This document shows positions 18,299 through 31,907 of a DNA stretch of 44,069 nt, piece by piece. The position numbers and the translations under genes are program-made. Every line of letters begins with the position of its first letter. Positions within the stretch are counted from its first letter, which is position 1. The notes beneath the pieces are model-generated. The model ran no database searches. It saw nothing but the letters and a program-made list of their open reading frames with translations, and had not been told where the DNA came from. This DNA comes from a virus (taxonomy: Duplodnaviria; Caudoviricetes): IMG/VR virus record IMGVR_UViG_3300049043_000058, positions 1 through 44,069 of that record, one strand, 5' to 3'.

Positions 18299-21200
18299 GT
18301 GCCACAAAATTCACTTACAACTGCAGCGGCACAAGCTGGCCTTACAGCAAAACAGAAGGCTCAGGTTGATGGTTTACAAAAGTTATTAGATTCTCATAAG
18401 GGTCTATTAGCGCTGCCTGCACCTGTTGCGCAACAGAAAGTTCAATGCTTTACCACAAGATCAACAAGCTGCTCACGTAGCACTTTTTGGTGGGCAAGAT
18501 ACTGAAGCCCCAGAGCAAAAGCGTGGTTGGCTTGGTGGTGCTATCCACTATGCAGGTCAAGGTGTCAAGCAGAGTATAGGTCGCGTATTTGGCGCATCTC
18601 AATGAAGTCTCTGACTTTATGACTCGTGTGTACCGCACTGGTGCTATTGCAATAGACCAAGGCGTAGACCTCGATAAAGCATTCAAGATGGCAAACGATA
18701 AGGGTGACCAAGTATTTAGCCCTACTCGTATTGCAGATGCTCGTAATAAGTATGGCTCAGACCGCATCAATGTTGCTATGAAAGTAGCGCAAGGAATGCC
18801 TATTGACCAGATTATTGCTGGTGGTACACAGGCAGAGAAGGAAATTGCTGCACTTGCTGCAAAGGGAGACGATAAACTCTTTCAAGATGCGCTAGATAAG
18901 GTTCAAGCAGCCAAGTATTCACCTGGTCGTCAGTTAGCAAACCTATTACTTCCAGAAGGTTTGGAAGGTTCAGGCTTTTTATACAAAGGAATCTCAGGAT
19001 TCTTTGATGCTGGCTATCGAGTCTTTGCAGATCCAACATTACTTCTTGGTAAAGCAAAGAAATCTTATGATGCTGGCAACTTCTTACTATACAACTGCTG
19101 AGGTAAAGAAAAGTTTACCTATGGTCGCAACCTTATGGCTGCTGCTGGTGATGTAAAGAATGTAGATAGAGTCTTTGAGAATCAAGGTGTAGTCAATTTC
19201 TTTGATGCTGTATGGTAAGGAACTTGATAATCTCAAGAATGCTCGTAGCGCAAAAGACATAGTTGCTGCAGAAGCATCAACTTCCTATGTCGTCTCAGCT
19301 CCAGAGTTTGGACCAGCGGCTGTTGATGAGTTTATTGGTGCTGGTGTCAGCAATGCTGATACGGCCAAGGCTTATTTGCAGAATCAAACAGATATCAAGA
19401 CTATACTTAGTGGTCAATCAGCTCGCAAGACACCACTTATACCAAAATTAGATGCAGCACGTAAGGCTAGAATCAAATTCTTTACTGCAACAGATAAAGT
19501 ATTCAACATTGATAAGGTTGGTCAAAAGGTAGTTCAGGCTTTATACGGAACTGGCCTGAATACCAAGACATTGCCACAGGAATTACTGCTCGTGCTGAAG
19601 ATATCGCAAAAGCAGAAAACCAAGTAGGTCGTTTGAAGGGTGCAGATGGCGGATATCGTATGCCATTGGCTCAAATCCAAGGACGTATTGACCGCTTTGC
19701 ACGTAAGTTTACAACGATTCCATACTTCAAAGATGGATTCTTCAATGTCAACGCAGCCGATGCCTCCACTCAGGTATATCGTCTAGCTCGTTTAGGTAAT
19801 ACTCGATACCATTCACGCATTATTGCTGAGGCTTTCGCTGCTGGTAATGAAGGTCAGCGTAAGCAAATCTTTGCTGGACTATGGAATACCGTTGCTGAAG
19901 TACGTGGCGTATCTAAATCAGCAGCAGGTAAATCTTATACGGACGAGTTTGCAGGATCTGGTAGAAACAAACAGTATTCTGCTTCTATTATCAAGCGCAA
20001 GGCCAATGAATTTGGTGAGCAGGTAAGTGAAGTAACTAATCCCGCTGAGTTCAATGGACAGCAAATGGCTATCTTTGCTTATCAACTATCGCCTAATATG
20101 GCAGTTCCATCTATCGTAGATTTGGATAGATTGGCTGCTCGCTCTGGAATTATTGACAGAGTTATGGGTGTATCACATCAGCGTTGGTCAGATAAAATGA
20201 CCTCATACTGGCTCAATCGGTACCCTTGCTGGTCCACGTTTCCCAGTTCGTAACGCCGCAGAAGATTTGATGTTACACCTTGCTGTAGGAGATTCTCCTT
20301 GGGGTGTAGCAAAAGCACGTTTGCTCTCAACCAAACTGCGCCAAGCTAAAGGCGAAGGCAATCTAGGCTTTATCAATAAACTTGTTTATCGCAATCAAAC
20401 CGCTAAGTATCAAAAGGCTATGGAAGATGCTATTGCTGCTGGAGATACTCGTGCAGCACAGAAGGTTATGGCTCAAGCCATCCTTGAATCTAAGGTAGTA
20501 TCTAAATTAGATGCTGAAGGTGCAGAGCTTCTCAAGGAAATTGCAGAGTTTGGTTATTTAGACGATACCTTGGCGCTGTTACTGAAGGTGGAAGAACGCT
20601 CTACGTGGTGGAAGACCAGTATTTCAATGCTACTCAAGATGTATCTAAGTTTGGCAAGATGGGTGCTATTGAAATCAATGGCAAAAGACTCAAACAAGCC
20701 ACAGGCCTAAAGGCATATACAGAGTTCAACCCTGTTGCATCTGATGATGCTCGTATCAGTTGGATGGTTCAAATTGGAGTTATATCTAAAGATGAACTAG
20801 GCCGCGTTGCTTTGATGAATCTTGATAATACCTATGAAGAAGCACGAGCAATTAGTGCTGTTCAGGATTATCTTGACAATCTTACAGAAAGTGACCGTCT
20901 ACGCTTCTCACTTTATGATACTGGTGCATCAACTCGTGTACACGCACAGCGTGTAGTCCAAGCTACAAAGAATCTTGTATCAAAACGTGATGGCACAACT
21001 GACGAAGAACTACTCAATAAGATCGTTTCCGTAGCAAAAAAGGCGATATGGGTATTTCAACCAAGGATTTCCGCCTAGAAGATTTACCAAGCAAGATGAA
21101 CCCAGAACTTGCTCCAGAATGGGTATCAGGTCCAACACTGGTTCCAGTATCAGATAGCGATAACTTTGCCGCATCTCTTGTTGATAAGACTTGGGACTAT

Positions 21201-23003
21201 ATGGGCGAGGCTAACGCTCGATTCTCACGTGAGCCATTGGTTATTGATGCAATGATTCGCATTCGTAAAGATATGCGTGCATCTGGATTTGAAGAGCGTA
21301 TCATCAAGCAATTTACTGCTGGAAAAACTGGACCTGAACTCAAGGTTGCAGAAGATGCAGCTAAGGTTCATCTAGTTTCTATTGCAGAAGACTTGGCTAA
21401 AGACCGTGTTCTAGCATTCGTAGATAACCCAGCGGTTCGTAGTCAGTTGGCTATGTCTGCCCGTAACTTTGCTCGTTTCTATCGTGCAACAGAAGACTTT
21501 TATCGTCGTGTTTATCGTACTGTCAAGTACAACCCAGAATCATTGACACGTGCATCTCTGACATATGAAGGCGTAGCACACTCTGGATTCGTACAGACTG
21601 ACGATAATGGCGATCAACACCTTTTTTACCCAGGACTTACACCTGTATACAAGGTAATGAACGGGGTAATGAAGGCATTTGGCGTACCAACTGCATTCCA
21701 AGTACCGATGCCTGTTGAGTTCGGTGGTGAGTTGAAGACTGATTACACCTTCAATGAACCCAGATCCACTCTTCCCAACCTTTGCTGGTCCATTGGCTTC
21801 TATGCCAATGAAGATGATTTTCAACGTAGTACCATAACTAAGTCTCTTGAAGAGACATTCCTTGGTACATATGGCGTAGATCAGCCAATGATAAATGCTG
21901 TTCTACCCTGGACACGTCAATCGAATCCTTTCAGCCTTGAATAAGGAATGAACGCAGTTCGCAGTACGCCTCAGCATTCCGTAAGGCTGCTACATATCTT
22001 GAGGCATCAGGTCACGGACTCAAGCCAAAGATTGACCCAATAACTGGTCTAGAGATTCCACCAACGCCAGCAGAATTACAGGCGTATCAAGATAGGATTC
22101 AATCTGCAACTATATCCGTCCTTGCTGTCAGAGCACTATTTGGTTTCATAGCTCCAGCATCACCACAGATTACACTCAAGAGTGACCTATCAAAGTGGGT
22201 CCGTGATAATGAACGACTTCATACAAGCAGGTTTTCAACCAACTTATCAATCAATATGGCAGTATAGATAAGGCTACTGAGGAATGGATTCGACTATTCC
22301 CAGATGAGATGCCATATACCATTTCTGAGTCTGATAATACTTCAGTTCTTGCTGCTCGTTCAGTAGATAAGTCTGTTGGTTGGATTCAGCAGAATGAAGG
22401 ATTACTCAAGAAGTACAAAGAAGGTGGCGTATTCCTTATGCCACGTGAAGGCGACTTCAACTTTGATGCCTATAAGTTGCTATACAAGTCTGGCCTCAAG
22501 CAGAATAAGACCTTGCAAGACTTCTTGCGAGAAGATTTAGACCGCCAAAGATGAGCAGACATATTACGCAGCGCGTGATTCTTTTGAATCTGAACTAGCA
22601 GTTACCTATAACGATATGGCTAAACGCCAACTCAGAGTATCAATTTGGTTCTGGAAAGAACAATTCCTTGGAGCACGACCAATGCTTCAAGAAGAATTGG
22701 GTAAAGGAGCAGAGTCAAAGATTCGTCGCCTTCGTGCATATGACGATTTGCGCCTAATGCTTTCCGATAAGACCGTTACTGCATCACCAAGAGACTGAGA
22801 GAAGTTCTAACCAAAATGAGTCAGGCTTTTGACCAATATCAGAACTCGACGAGATGCGGTATTCGGCAGTGGCGAAACAGCTCAGAACTATAAAGACCTC
22901 TTGAAATGAATATCAAGACAACACTACAGCAGTTGGCACAAGGCAAGCGTGAACTGCTCAAGCAGCATACGATGTCCTGTTTGCTAGATTGATTGGAGAC
23001 TAA
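18299..23003 (+). CDS. very large putative internal virion (ejection) protein, ~1550 aa, fragmented by read errors
   Basis: consecutive plus-strand ORF pieces incl. RNFARFYRATEDFYRR; size and position typical of podoviral core proteins. Confidence 0.7.
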
Positions 23004-23727
23004 GTGGCAGACACAGCAGAATAAGCTATCGAAGCGGCTCGTAGTAAAGTACTGGAAAAACCAGATTATCAAGAACAGCACCACTGTCTCCAATACTCAA
23101 GTTTCAGGAACAGCAAATCCAGTTGCTACAGAACTTTATGGTATGGATAAAGCGTAGCCGTCAACAAATTGCTATTGCACTCAAAAGTGCTGGATATCGC
23201 GTACCGACCAGCGGTGCTTTTCTGACAGACTTCTAACTGCTTACAGTACTGCCTACAGTCCGCCCAATTACAGGCTGCTCAATTAGGTCAAACATTCAGT
23301 AGCAGATATTTTACGAATCTAGTCTGGCCATACCAGGACCTGCCTATAGCGGCGCTGGCGGAGTCGGTGCTGGTGCTGGTGGAAGATGGTACATCTATCA
23401 CAGAGCAAATCTCTACTATTAGAAAGGCTAACGCTAAAGATATCGATCAATAAAGTATTTGAAGATCAACTTAGGTCGATCTGCTACCTGATGCTGAGTA
23501 TTGCTGAAATACACAGCCACATTCAAAGAAAAAGCCGCCGCCAACCCCACAGTTACCACAACAACGACTAAAGGGTAAGAAAACTACAATCAAGACTTGA
23601 CCAGGATCTACTACTGGTCGAATAGAACGATATCTTGTAGAGCATAGTATTGCACAAACAGATGAGGCCAAGGCTGGACAAGTCCTAGAATTACTACCAG
23701 ACGTTTATGAGAAAGCTAGGTATGATA
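23004..23727 (+). CDS. putative internal virion protein (heavily frameshifted)
   Basis: coding-like stretch between large virion genes. Confidence 0.45.
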
Positions 23728-25371
23728 ATGGCTAGTGTAGCAGAAATCAAGAATAAAAGTCGCTGACGCTCAGTTGGAATCAAGAGCGCAGAATGAATTG
23801 CTCAAAAGACTTCGTGACCAACTTCGTGCCTATAGCAGTGAAAAGAATCTAACACCTGCACAGACCGAGGCTGCTAAAAAACTCAATGAACGTATCAAAG
23901 CAGAAGAAGATAAGAAAAGAAGAGCATCTCGGGTTGTGCGAGAGTATCAACCTAAAACTGAAAGATTTAGGTAAACTTGAACGACTTAGATCGTCAACTC
24001 GAGTTCTTGAGACTTCGACGCCGACAATAGATCTGTCGCTTTAGGTCAAACACCTAATAAAAGCAGACTCAACTCTCTTTATAGTCAGCGTGAGCAACTG
24101 TGCTAAGTACCCTTCCAGGTTTAGCACCAAAGGCTCCAGCGCTTCCAGGCGCAAAACCAACCACGACTACTTCTAACGCACCAACAGGAACTGTCGCGGA
24201 GAAACCAACAACCGCAACAACTACTGACAACGACGACACCTGTTACACCTACTCAAAAACCAGAACACCTAGAAGAGAAACCTGATACCGTTACAACTGG
24301 CGTCGACGCTAAAGGTACAGTAGATACGACAACACTTGCAGGTGTCAATGCGGCTAGTGCAGTAACGCCTGTTGATACTAAACCTGTTACTGGTACTAGA
24401 AACTCTTGAGGACATTCTTGGTGATGTACAAAACTGGTTTGATTTGCCAGACTATATTTTCAGGTTAGATAAAGACCTTAGTAACGTCGCTTGTTCGCGC
24501 TGTCAATGAAAAGTGGACTGCGAAACGCTGGGATCAAAGAAATTGAGAATACTAATTGGTGGCGTAAAAATAGCGAAGAAGTACGCAAGCGCCTTGTATC
24601 TTTTGGTAACGCTAGTGACCTAATGTTCTCCAGGACAAGATGTCAGCAAAGTCTGACTGTGACGGTCTATGGGATTAGTAAGAAAAGAAACCAACTCAAA
24701 GCCGACGCTCGAACGATTGCTGGTTATGCACTAACCGATGCAGAAGCAGAGCAGATTGCCCAAAAGATTTATCTTGGCTTCCTTGATGATGAATGAGAAT
24801 GCCATTCGTGCATTTTTTAGTACCATTCATTGGTAAAGTAACATCGATAGTTGGCGGTCAATCAGATCACTGGTTATAGTGGTCAAGCCCTCAAAAGATT
24901 ATCAAACCTTACAGTCAATCGCTAAAGCCAATGGATTATCACTCAAAGATATCTTACCTGGAGCTTCAGCAACAACTACAGGTGGTGACTTGGAAGAGGC
25001 TGTCCTAGAAAAACTTGCTTTAGGTGAACTTGATATCAACCGAATTTTCTCAAGATGCTAGAGCACTTGCTGCTATTGGTCAGCCACAATTTGTACGAGG
25101 ATTCACTCAATCAAGGTTATGACCTAGACCCAAGTTTATTCTCCATATAAGAATGTTACGGCGAATATTCTTGAACTAAATCCAGAACAAATCAGTCTCA
25201 ACGATCCGACACTTCGTAGCGCAATCTCTGATAAAGGAGAAACAAACTTGTATGACTTCCAGAGTACGCTACGCAAAGATTCTCGTTGGCAATATAGACA
25301 GAACGCTCGTCAAGTAATAAGTTGGCGACATTACACTCGATGTCCTTCGTGACTTCGGATTCCAGGGGTAA
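23728..25371 (+). CDS. putative internal virion protein (frameshifted)
   Basis: coiled-coil N-terminus, Thr/Pro-rich linker, C-terminal LRKDSRWQY...VLRDFGFQG*. Confidence 0.6.
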
Positions 25372-25373
25372 TA

Positions 25374-27037
25374 ATGGCTAGATTAGCAGACGATGCTGGC
25401 GGTACAGAAAAACTTACTCAAGAAGAAATCAATGCTGCAAATCAGGGCTGCACAAAAAGCATCTGGTGCTAATGTTGTAGATCCATAATTATGTACGCGA
25501 CCCCAAGACTGGTCTTAGTCCAGCACAAGTAGAAGCAGGATAGAGCAGTTGCTGAAGCAGCGCAAGCTGCAGGTAAGCAAGTAGTCACTGGTGATACTGG
25601 TGAGGCTAATAGAGTTCTGTTCCTTATGAAATGGGAAGCAAGAAATATTCTAGGTAAGACTTATTCAACCGCTGCTGGTGCTTATAGTGCTGCCGTCAGT
25701 ACTGCAGAAAGGGTAGGCCCTCCAGGACGCAGCTGGCCTGCCTGTTTGCACTGGAATCTTCAAGGCACAGAGTGGAAACTTTATGATGCTGAAGGTAAGC
25801 CATTCAACTACATTGGCACTGGTACAGAAGACTTTCTCGGAAGTAGGGAACGGCAGGTAGTCCTTTGCTTTACAAAGGAAGACCTTTCAATGGTACTCGT
25901 GGTGGCGTAACTTATGTCAACGGAGTACCTAAAAGTTCTAGCACTGGTAAAACAGAAAAGAATAGAGTTACTAACGCTGATGGTAGTGTAACTATATTTC
26001 TATACAGATGGAACAAGTACGACAATTCCAAAGTCTGCTAGCGGTGATGGATCTGGCTCTACTACAAAAAACAACTTATACAGCACCAGATGGAAAAATC
26101 TTTACCCGACCTAGGTGCCCAGAACGCTTATATTGCACAAGTCAAAGCAACAACAGAAACAGCAGAACGTAAATCTGCATATGATTTACTATATCAACAA
26201 TTTGCTAAATACGGTTTACAAGGTCTTGTGAAATCTCCATTAGAAAGTCTTATCAAAGAAGGTGTACCAGCATCTGAATTTGCTATTCGTTTACGAGAAA
26301 CAGATGCCTATAAGAAACGCTTTGCTGCCAATGCCAACCGCATAAACAAGGGCTCGGATGGCTTTATCTGAAGCTGAGTATATTGCTATGGAAGATGCAA
26401 TACCAAAACATTATGCGTCAATACGGTATGCCAGAGACTTATTACACACGTGGAGAAATGGGTCGCCAAGAAGGATTTGAAAACTTATTGCTGGTGATGA
26501 TACCTGCAACAGAACTTGAAACTCGTATTTCATCAGCATATAACCGAGTTATTCAACTGCTAACCCAGTAAGTAGTTCAATGCGCTCAAGCAGTATTATC
26601 CAAACATCAGTAATGGTGACATTCTGGTCATACGTGTTAGATCCTGAAAAGGCTCTTACTGAATATCAATAAGAAGATTACCGCTGCTGAAATTGGTGGA
26701 GCTGCAATGGGTGCAGGACTTGGCTATTGGAATGCAGTAGAGCCGAAGAACTTGGAGCATTTGGAGTTACTAAAGCTCAAGCTCAACAAGGCTACCAGAC
26801 AATCGCTGAGTGTACTGCCAACATGCTACAAAACTTTCGTAGACATTTATCGCAAAGCAAGGTCTGGGTCCATTACACCCAAGCTACTGCTGAGCAAGAA
26901 GTATTTGGTATACCAGGTGCAGCAGAAGCTGCAGCAAAAGCGTCGCAAATTAGCAGAACTTAGAGACAGCACAATTTCTGGTCAAGTCAGGTGCTGCAGG
27001 TGGCGCACTAGGCCGCGAACGCGCAGGCCAATTCTAG
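25374..27037 (+). CDS. putative internal virion protein (frameshifted)
   Basis: LRETDAYKKRFAAN...LSEAEY..TAAEIGGAA...GVTKAQAQQGY. Confidence 0.62.
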
Positions 27038-27042
27038 GCCTG

Positions 27043-27126
27043 CTAACGGAACGACTGGTCCGTTAGAGAGACATAAAACCAGTAGTAGGAGCCATACAGA
27101 AAGTCCCGAATCTGTATGAGGCCTAC
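27043..27126 (+). ncRNA. candidate structured RNA leader (pseudoknot + hairpin) of the scaffold-capsid unit
   Basis: CTAACGGA/TCCGTTAG stem; loop ACGACTGG complementary to CCAGTAGT; second stem GTAGG..CATACAGA/TCTGTATG..CCTAC. Confidence 0.5.
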
Positions 27127-27155
27127 GATTACAAACTAACAAGGGAGAAGGACCT

Positions 27156-27620
27156 ATGTCCAACTACGACTACGAAGATGACGACTTTGACACCAATGAT
27201 GGTGAACGATCTCGTCAAGCAGTTGCGTAAAGCAACAAAAGCAAAAGATAAAGAACTTGCTGAACTAAAGGCACAGTACGAGTCACTTGCAAAATCAAAT
27301 AGAGAACGAGCAATCAAAGATGCCCTCGCTAGTCGCGGGGTAAATAGCAAAATTGCTTCATTTATCCCACAGGATATAGACCCAACTGAAGAGTCTGTAT
27401 CTAAATGGCTTGAAGATTATGCCGATGTATTCGGCATTCAACAGGCCGAAACCCAGGCAACACCTAATGTCGACCCAGCCCAGGCTAAGGCTTATCAGCG
27501 TATGACTAATGCTGTAGAACAGGAACTACTCCTGAATTCCAAGCAGACATTCATCGTCGCTTGATGAACGCCAATAGCCGAGAAGAATTGGACGAAATCA
27601 TTAGGCAGTCTGGACTCTAA
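27156..27620 (+). CDS. capsid scaffolding protein (frameshifted)
   Basis: acidic N-terminus, coiled coil DLVKQLRKATKAKDKELAELK, WLEDYADVFG; directly before the MCP. Confidence 0.75.
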
Positions 27621-27646
27621 TCCGAACCTAACCGAAAGGCACGAAA

Positions 27647-28586
27647 GTGGCATTACCTACAGGTACGCTGACTACGACCTCCGACATTACGTCGCTCGTA
27701 AAAACAGCATATGACCAGTACGTACGTATGGCTCTTCGCTCCATCCCTGTGATGCGTGCGTTGGCAGACGTAAAGCCAGTGCAACAGGCTATGCCAGGAT
27801 CGTCAGTTGTATTCTCCATCTACTCAGATCTCAGCACAGCGACTGGTACTTTGACATGAATCATCAAGACGTTTCCTCAGTTGCATTTGGTAATCCATCA
27901 CACTGTAACCGTAACTCTCAATGAATACGGTAACGCAGTAACAACCACCAAGAAGTTGAACCTAACTTCGTTCAACGATGTTGACGCTGCTCTTGCAGAC
28001 GTTATCGCTTACAACGCTGCCGATTCTATCGACGTAGTTGTAGCAAACGTTCTCACTGGCGGAACCAACGTAATCTACGGTGGCACCGCAACAGGTGCAT
28101 CAGGCGTAACCGCTTCTGGAACAATGGCAGTTGCAGACATCCGCGAAGGCTGTTATACAGCTCCGCACCAACAAGGCAGTTCCACGTATTGGCGAACTCT
28201 ACGCTGCATACCTCCACCCACGTCAGTCTGCTGACCTCCGCGCTGAAGCGGGAACTGGTGGATTCCAGGAACTCACCAAGTACGTTGATCGTACACCGTT
28301 CGTCGCTGGCTCTGTCGGCGTAATCGAAGGTGCATACATTGTTGAGACACCTCGTGTTCTCTCAGCATCAAACGGTGCATCTCCTGCAGTAACTCTCTAC
28401 AAGGCAGTTGTTGCTGGACGTGAAGCTCTTGCTGAAGCGCAAGCAGCAGATATCTCAACCGTTATCGGTCCAGAAATCGACGCACTCCGTCGTTTCCGTA
28501 CCATCGGTTGGTACTACTTCGGTGGCTTTGCACGCCTCCGCGAAGCGGCTCTATACCGCATTGAAACTGCTTCTTCAATCTCCTAG
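27647..28586 (+). CDS. major capsid protein (N4-gp56-like, HK97 fold; frameshifted)
   Basis: VTVTLNEYGNAV...YNAADSID...YLHPRQSADLR...D.LRRFRTIGWY...ALYRIET. Confidence 0.88.
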
Positions 28587-28655
28587 TTGATTGACTGTCG
28601 AGGCAGAGCGCGTTGACAACCCTGCCTGGCGGTGAGTTCGCTACGAAAGGAAGCA

Positions 28656-29282
28656 ATGACTTCATATCGGTTGACAACGCCTTGGCGTTGGGAAACGTGG
28701 GGCGCTCAATATGGCACCTTTGATAAGTACTCACGTCTTGCTGCTAGACGCATTACTGGTGGAACGTCTGACTGGTCCTATCAATCCTTATCTATCACAG
28801 ATATTCCACGTGCTTATACATTGCTTGTCAATGGAACTACTGTTACACTGAAGTTCAGACTCCATATCAGAGACGACATTGGCTAATGCTGATGCCTACT
28901 ATCTTGGTGGACACGAGTACACTTTGACCGATAGCAGAAGCACAGATTCTTATTGATGCAGGCTATACCGACTACTTGACAGCGATACCATATATGATAA
29001 TATCCAAATTGCAGATCTGGGTGCAAAACCCAAGACCATGAATCTTACTCTGACTGTTTGCTAGCAGCAAACTTCGCATTTGCAGGGTGCTTCCCTACTC
29101 GGCAAGGCTGGGATAAAGACAAAGAAAAACGGGATAACAAAGAATTGGATTCCTACTACTCTGCTGTGAAGCAGGGTGTAGAGCCAATATCCACCAAACA
29201 AAAAGATATAGATGCAGCAGTCAGACTTTCTAACGAAGCTGGTAAAGCATTCGATGGAAACACACTGACCTTCAAGGAGTAA
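28656..29282 (+). other. two hypothetical virion-region genes
   Basis: MTSYRLTTPW...YLGGHEY; NCRSGCKTQDHESYSDCL...ELDSYYSAVKQGVEP. Confidence 0.55.
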
Positions 29283-29428
29283 CTAAAATGCCAAAGGAAA
29301 AGACTCCAAACCTGCAGAAGAATACGATAACTGCCAAGCATACCTGGTAGTACAGACCATATCCAGCAGATACAAACAAGAAGCCATTTATGACCTATGA
29401 GAGATTGCAGACGGGCGCTAATGGTGCT

Positions 29429-29681
29429 ATGTGAAGGGTCAGAAGTAAGTGCAAAGAAGCATTCCAAGAAGAACACGAGATGAATGCGAATGGACTCTCA
29501 AGAGAGCGTAAGAAAGAATACGGCTCAAAGAAAGTCGCTAAGTAATGAAAGAGTTCAAAGGTGGCAATGTTGCACTCTGGCTCAAAGAAAGGACCAGTAG
29601 TCAAGTCCCAGTAAGCAGGCTATCGCTATCGCTCTTTCAGAAGCAAAGATGTCCAAGAAGAAAATGAGCAAGAAGAAGTAA
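29429..29681 (+). CDS. DUF6496-like small basic protein (frameshifted; start uncertain)
   Basis: VMKEFKGG.LHSGSKKGPVVKS..QAIAIALSEA. Confidence 0.6.
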
Positions 29682-29801
29682 TGTCATCGGGGCAATATAA
29701 GCGCCACGATAAGTTCAACTCTGTCATTATCAAAGACGGAATGGTTGTCAGACTAAACAAGAACGGCACAGTACGAGCAGTGCTCGGAAAGTATGGCGAA
29801 T

Positions 29802-30073
29802 ATGGCAAAGAAAAAAAGTGATCCGCGTCTTGCACGAGCTGGCGTTGCGGGCTTCAACAAACCCAAGCGTACGCCTTCTCACCCAACTAAGAGCCACGTC
29901 GTCGTTGCCAAAGAAGGAAGTCAAGTCAAGACAATCCGATTCGGTCAACAAGGCGTAACAGGCGATAAGACAGCCTACAGCAACGTCAAGCATCATTCAA
30001 GGCCCGTCACGCTAAGAACATTGCCAAAGGCAAGATGTCTGCAGCGTACTGGGCAGATAAGGTGAAGTGGTGA
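29802..30073 (+). CDS. small basic conserved phage protein
   Basis: NKPKRTPSHPTKSHVVVAKEG..VKTIRFGQQG...SFKARHAKNIAKGKMSAAYWADKVKW. Confidence 0.7.
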
Positions 30074-30228
30074 AGAAGAAAGCATTCTGGGATACAAAGA
30101 ACCCAAAGAAGACATCTAAGAAACTAACGCCTGCACAAAAGAGCGCAGCAAAGAAACGCGCTAAAGCAGCAGGTCGTCCATATCCAAATTTGGTGGATAA
30201 CGCAGCAGTAGCAAAAAAGAAGAAGTAA
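30070..30228 (+). CDS. small basic protein
   Basis: KKLTPAQKSAAKKRAKAAGRPYPNLVDN. Confidence 0.6.
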   Translation: MKKKAFWDTKNPKKTSKKLTPAQKSAAKKRAKAAGRPYPNLVDNAAVAKKKK

Positions 30229-30537
30229 GGAGAGATAGGTGGCAACTAGGAGTAATGCGAATTCAACGCTTAATGCAGGAACTGAACCGCCTTGCCAATG
30301 GTGGCACCTATCGCCTCGATTCAGAGATGGTGGATATGGCTCTGGCTGCACGTCAATGGGCTGCTGCTCAGTGTCAGTAACTACAAGACATACAGACACA
30401 GTAGGAGTACTCAATGATATTGCGGGCATTACGGGTTCTGCGTAATACTCATCTTGATTTTAACGGTGTATGTAATCTACATCGCTGGCACTTCTGGACT
30501 GGCTGCAGCGGCTGCTCTCAGAGAGATCTGCATCCTG

Positions 30538-30893
30538 ATGAGCGCGAAATATAATCTTATCTGCGACCAAGCAACTACATTCAATTTTCAGTTCCAAATT
30601 CAAAATAATATCAATGGAACTGCTACGCCTTGGAACCTAACTGGCTACACAGGAACGATGACAGTGCGCCCATTCGTTGGTGCATCTACAACTACTGTCG
30701 TTGCATCTACTGCCAATGGTCGTATGGTCTTTGATGCACTCAATGGCAGAATTACAGTGACCATTCAATGCATCAGTTACTGGCAGATATTGCTGCTGGT
30801 AGATATTCATATGATTTAGTTCTAGATTCAGGCGGGACTATTACCCGCATCCTTGAAGGTAAGTTTGTCGTGACAGGAGCGGTGACTACGTGA
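30538..30893 (+). CDS. putative fibre adaptor (BppU/LtfC-like beta-sandwich)
   Basis: YNLICDQATTF...PWNLTGYTGTMTVR...YDLVLDSG..ITRILEGKFVV, directly before the collagen gene. Confidence 0.6.
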
Positions 30894-31830
30894 GTGACAA
30901 CAATTATCGTCATTGAGTCCATTACTCCACAAGTTGCGGTAGAGTTTTCACAAGATCAAGGACCGCAAGGCGGTCAAGGAGTAACAGGTCCAACTGGTCC
31001 GACAGGACCAACTGGTCCTACAGGTGCAACAGGTTCAACTGGAGCAACTGGTGCTACTGGCGCTACTGGTACCGACAGGAGCAACAGGTGTTACAGGAAG
31101 TACTGGTCCGACTGGGCCTACGGGAGCCTACGGGTCCGACTGGTGCGACAGGACCACAGGACCTACAGGACGCTACAGGCGCAACGGGTCCTACAGGGAG
31201 TTACAGGTGCAACAGGACCTGCAGGTGTTACAGGAAGCACGGGAGCGACTGGACCAACTGGTCCCATAGGCGCAACCGGTACCTACTGGTCCACAAGGAG
31301 CGCAGCGGTGCAACGGGTGCTTACAGGCCCTCAGGGACCGTCAAGGAGACGCTGGTGCGACAGGACCCACAGGACCACAAGGAGCAACAGGTCCAGCAGG
31401 CGCTACGGGCGCTACAGGGCCTCAAGGCATACAAGGTATTGAAGGTGCTACAGGACCTACGGGTCCAGCAGGAGCAACAGGACCCTGTCGGAGCCACATG
31501 GACCACAAGGAGTAACAGGTGATATTGGACCTACTGGGGCTACTGGTCCCGCTGGCGCTGTTGGCGCTACTGGCCCCGTCGGGGCTACTGGACCGATTGG
31601 AGCAACAGGTCCTCAAGGTGTCACAGGAGACGTTGGCCCAACGGGAGCAACAGGACCGCAAGGAACTGCAGGCGCTGTGGGAGCAACAGGAGCCACAGGT
31701 CCTGAAGGAGCCACTGGAGCCACAGGACCAGTAGGTGCTACAGGCCCAACTGGACCAACAGGACCTAGCGGATCTAACGCTACTGCTCTGCCAGATATCC
31801 TAATGCTGGGTGGTACGCGAGAACCCCTCG
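30894..31830 (+). CDS. collagen-like fibre protein (Gly-X-Thr rich; frameshifted)
   Basis: long [12 protein letters not shown] triplet run, ending near LPDILMLGG. Confidence 0.85.
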
Positions 31831-31907
31831 ATGACAGTCTGATGGATTTAGCGACTTGCGGGGACACTCCACACAGGATTTCAAGGGTTTCCGCTAGAAT
31901 TGTGGGT

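Noticed and set aside
30960-31770. Periodic 9-nt repeats as a CRISPR array or DGR repeat
   Set aside because: They are Gly-X-Y collagen codons; there is no constant repeat with unique spacers and no cas or reverse transcriptase gene
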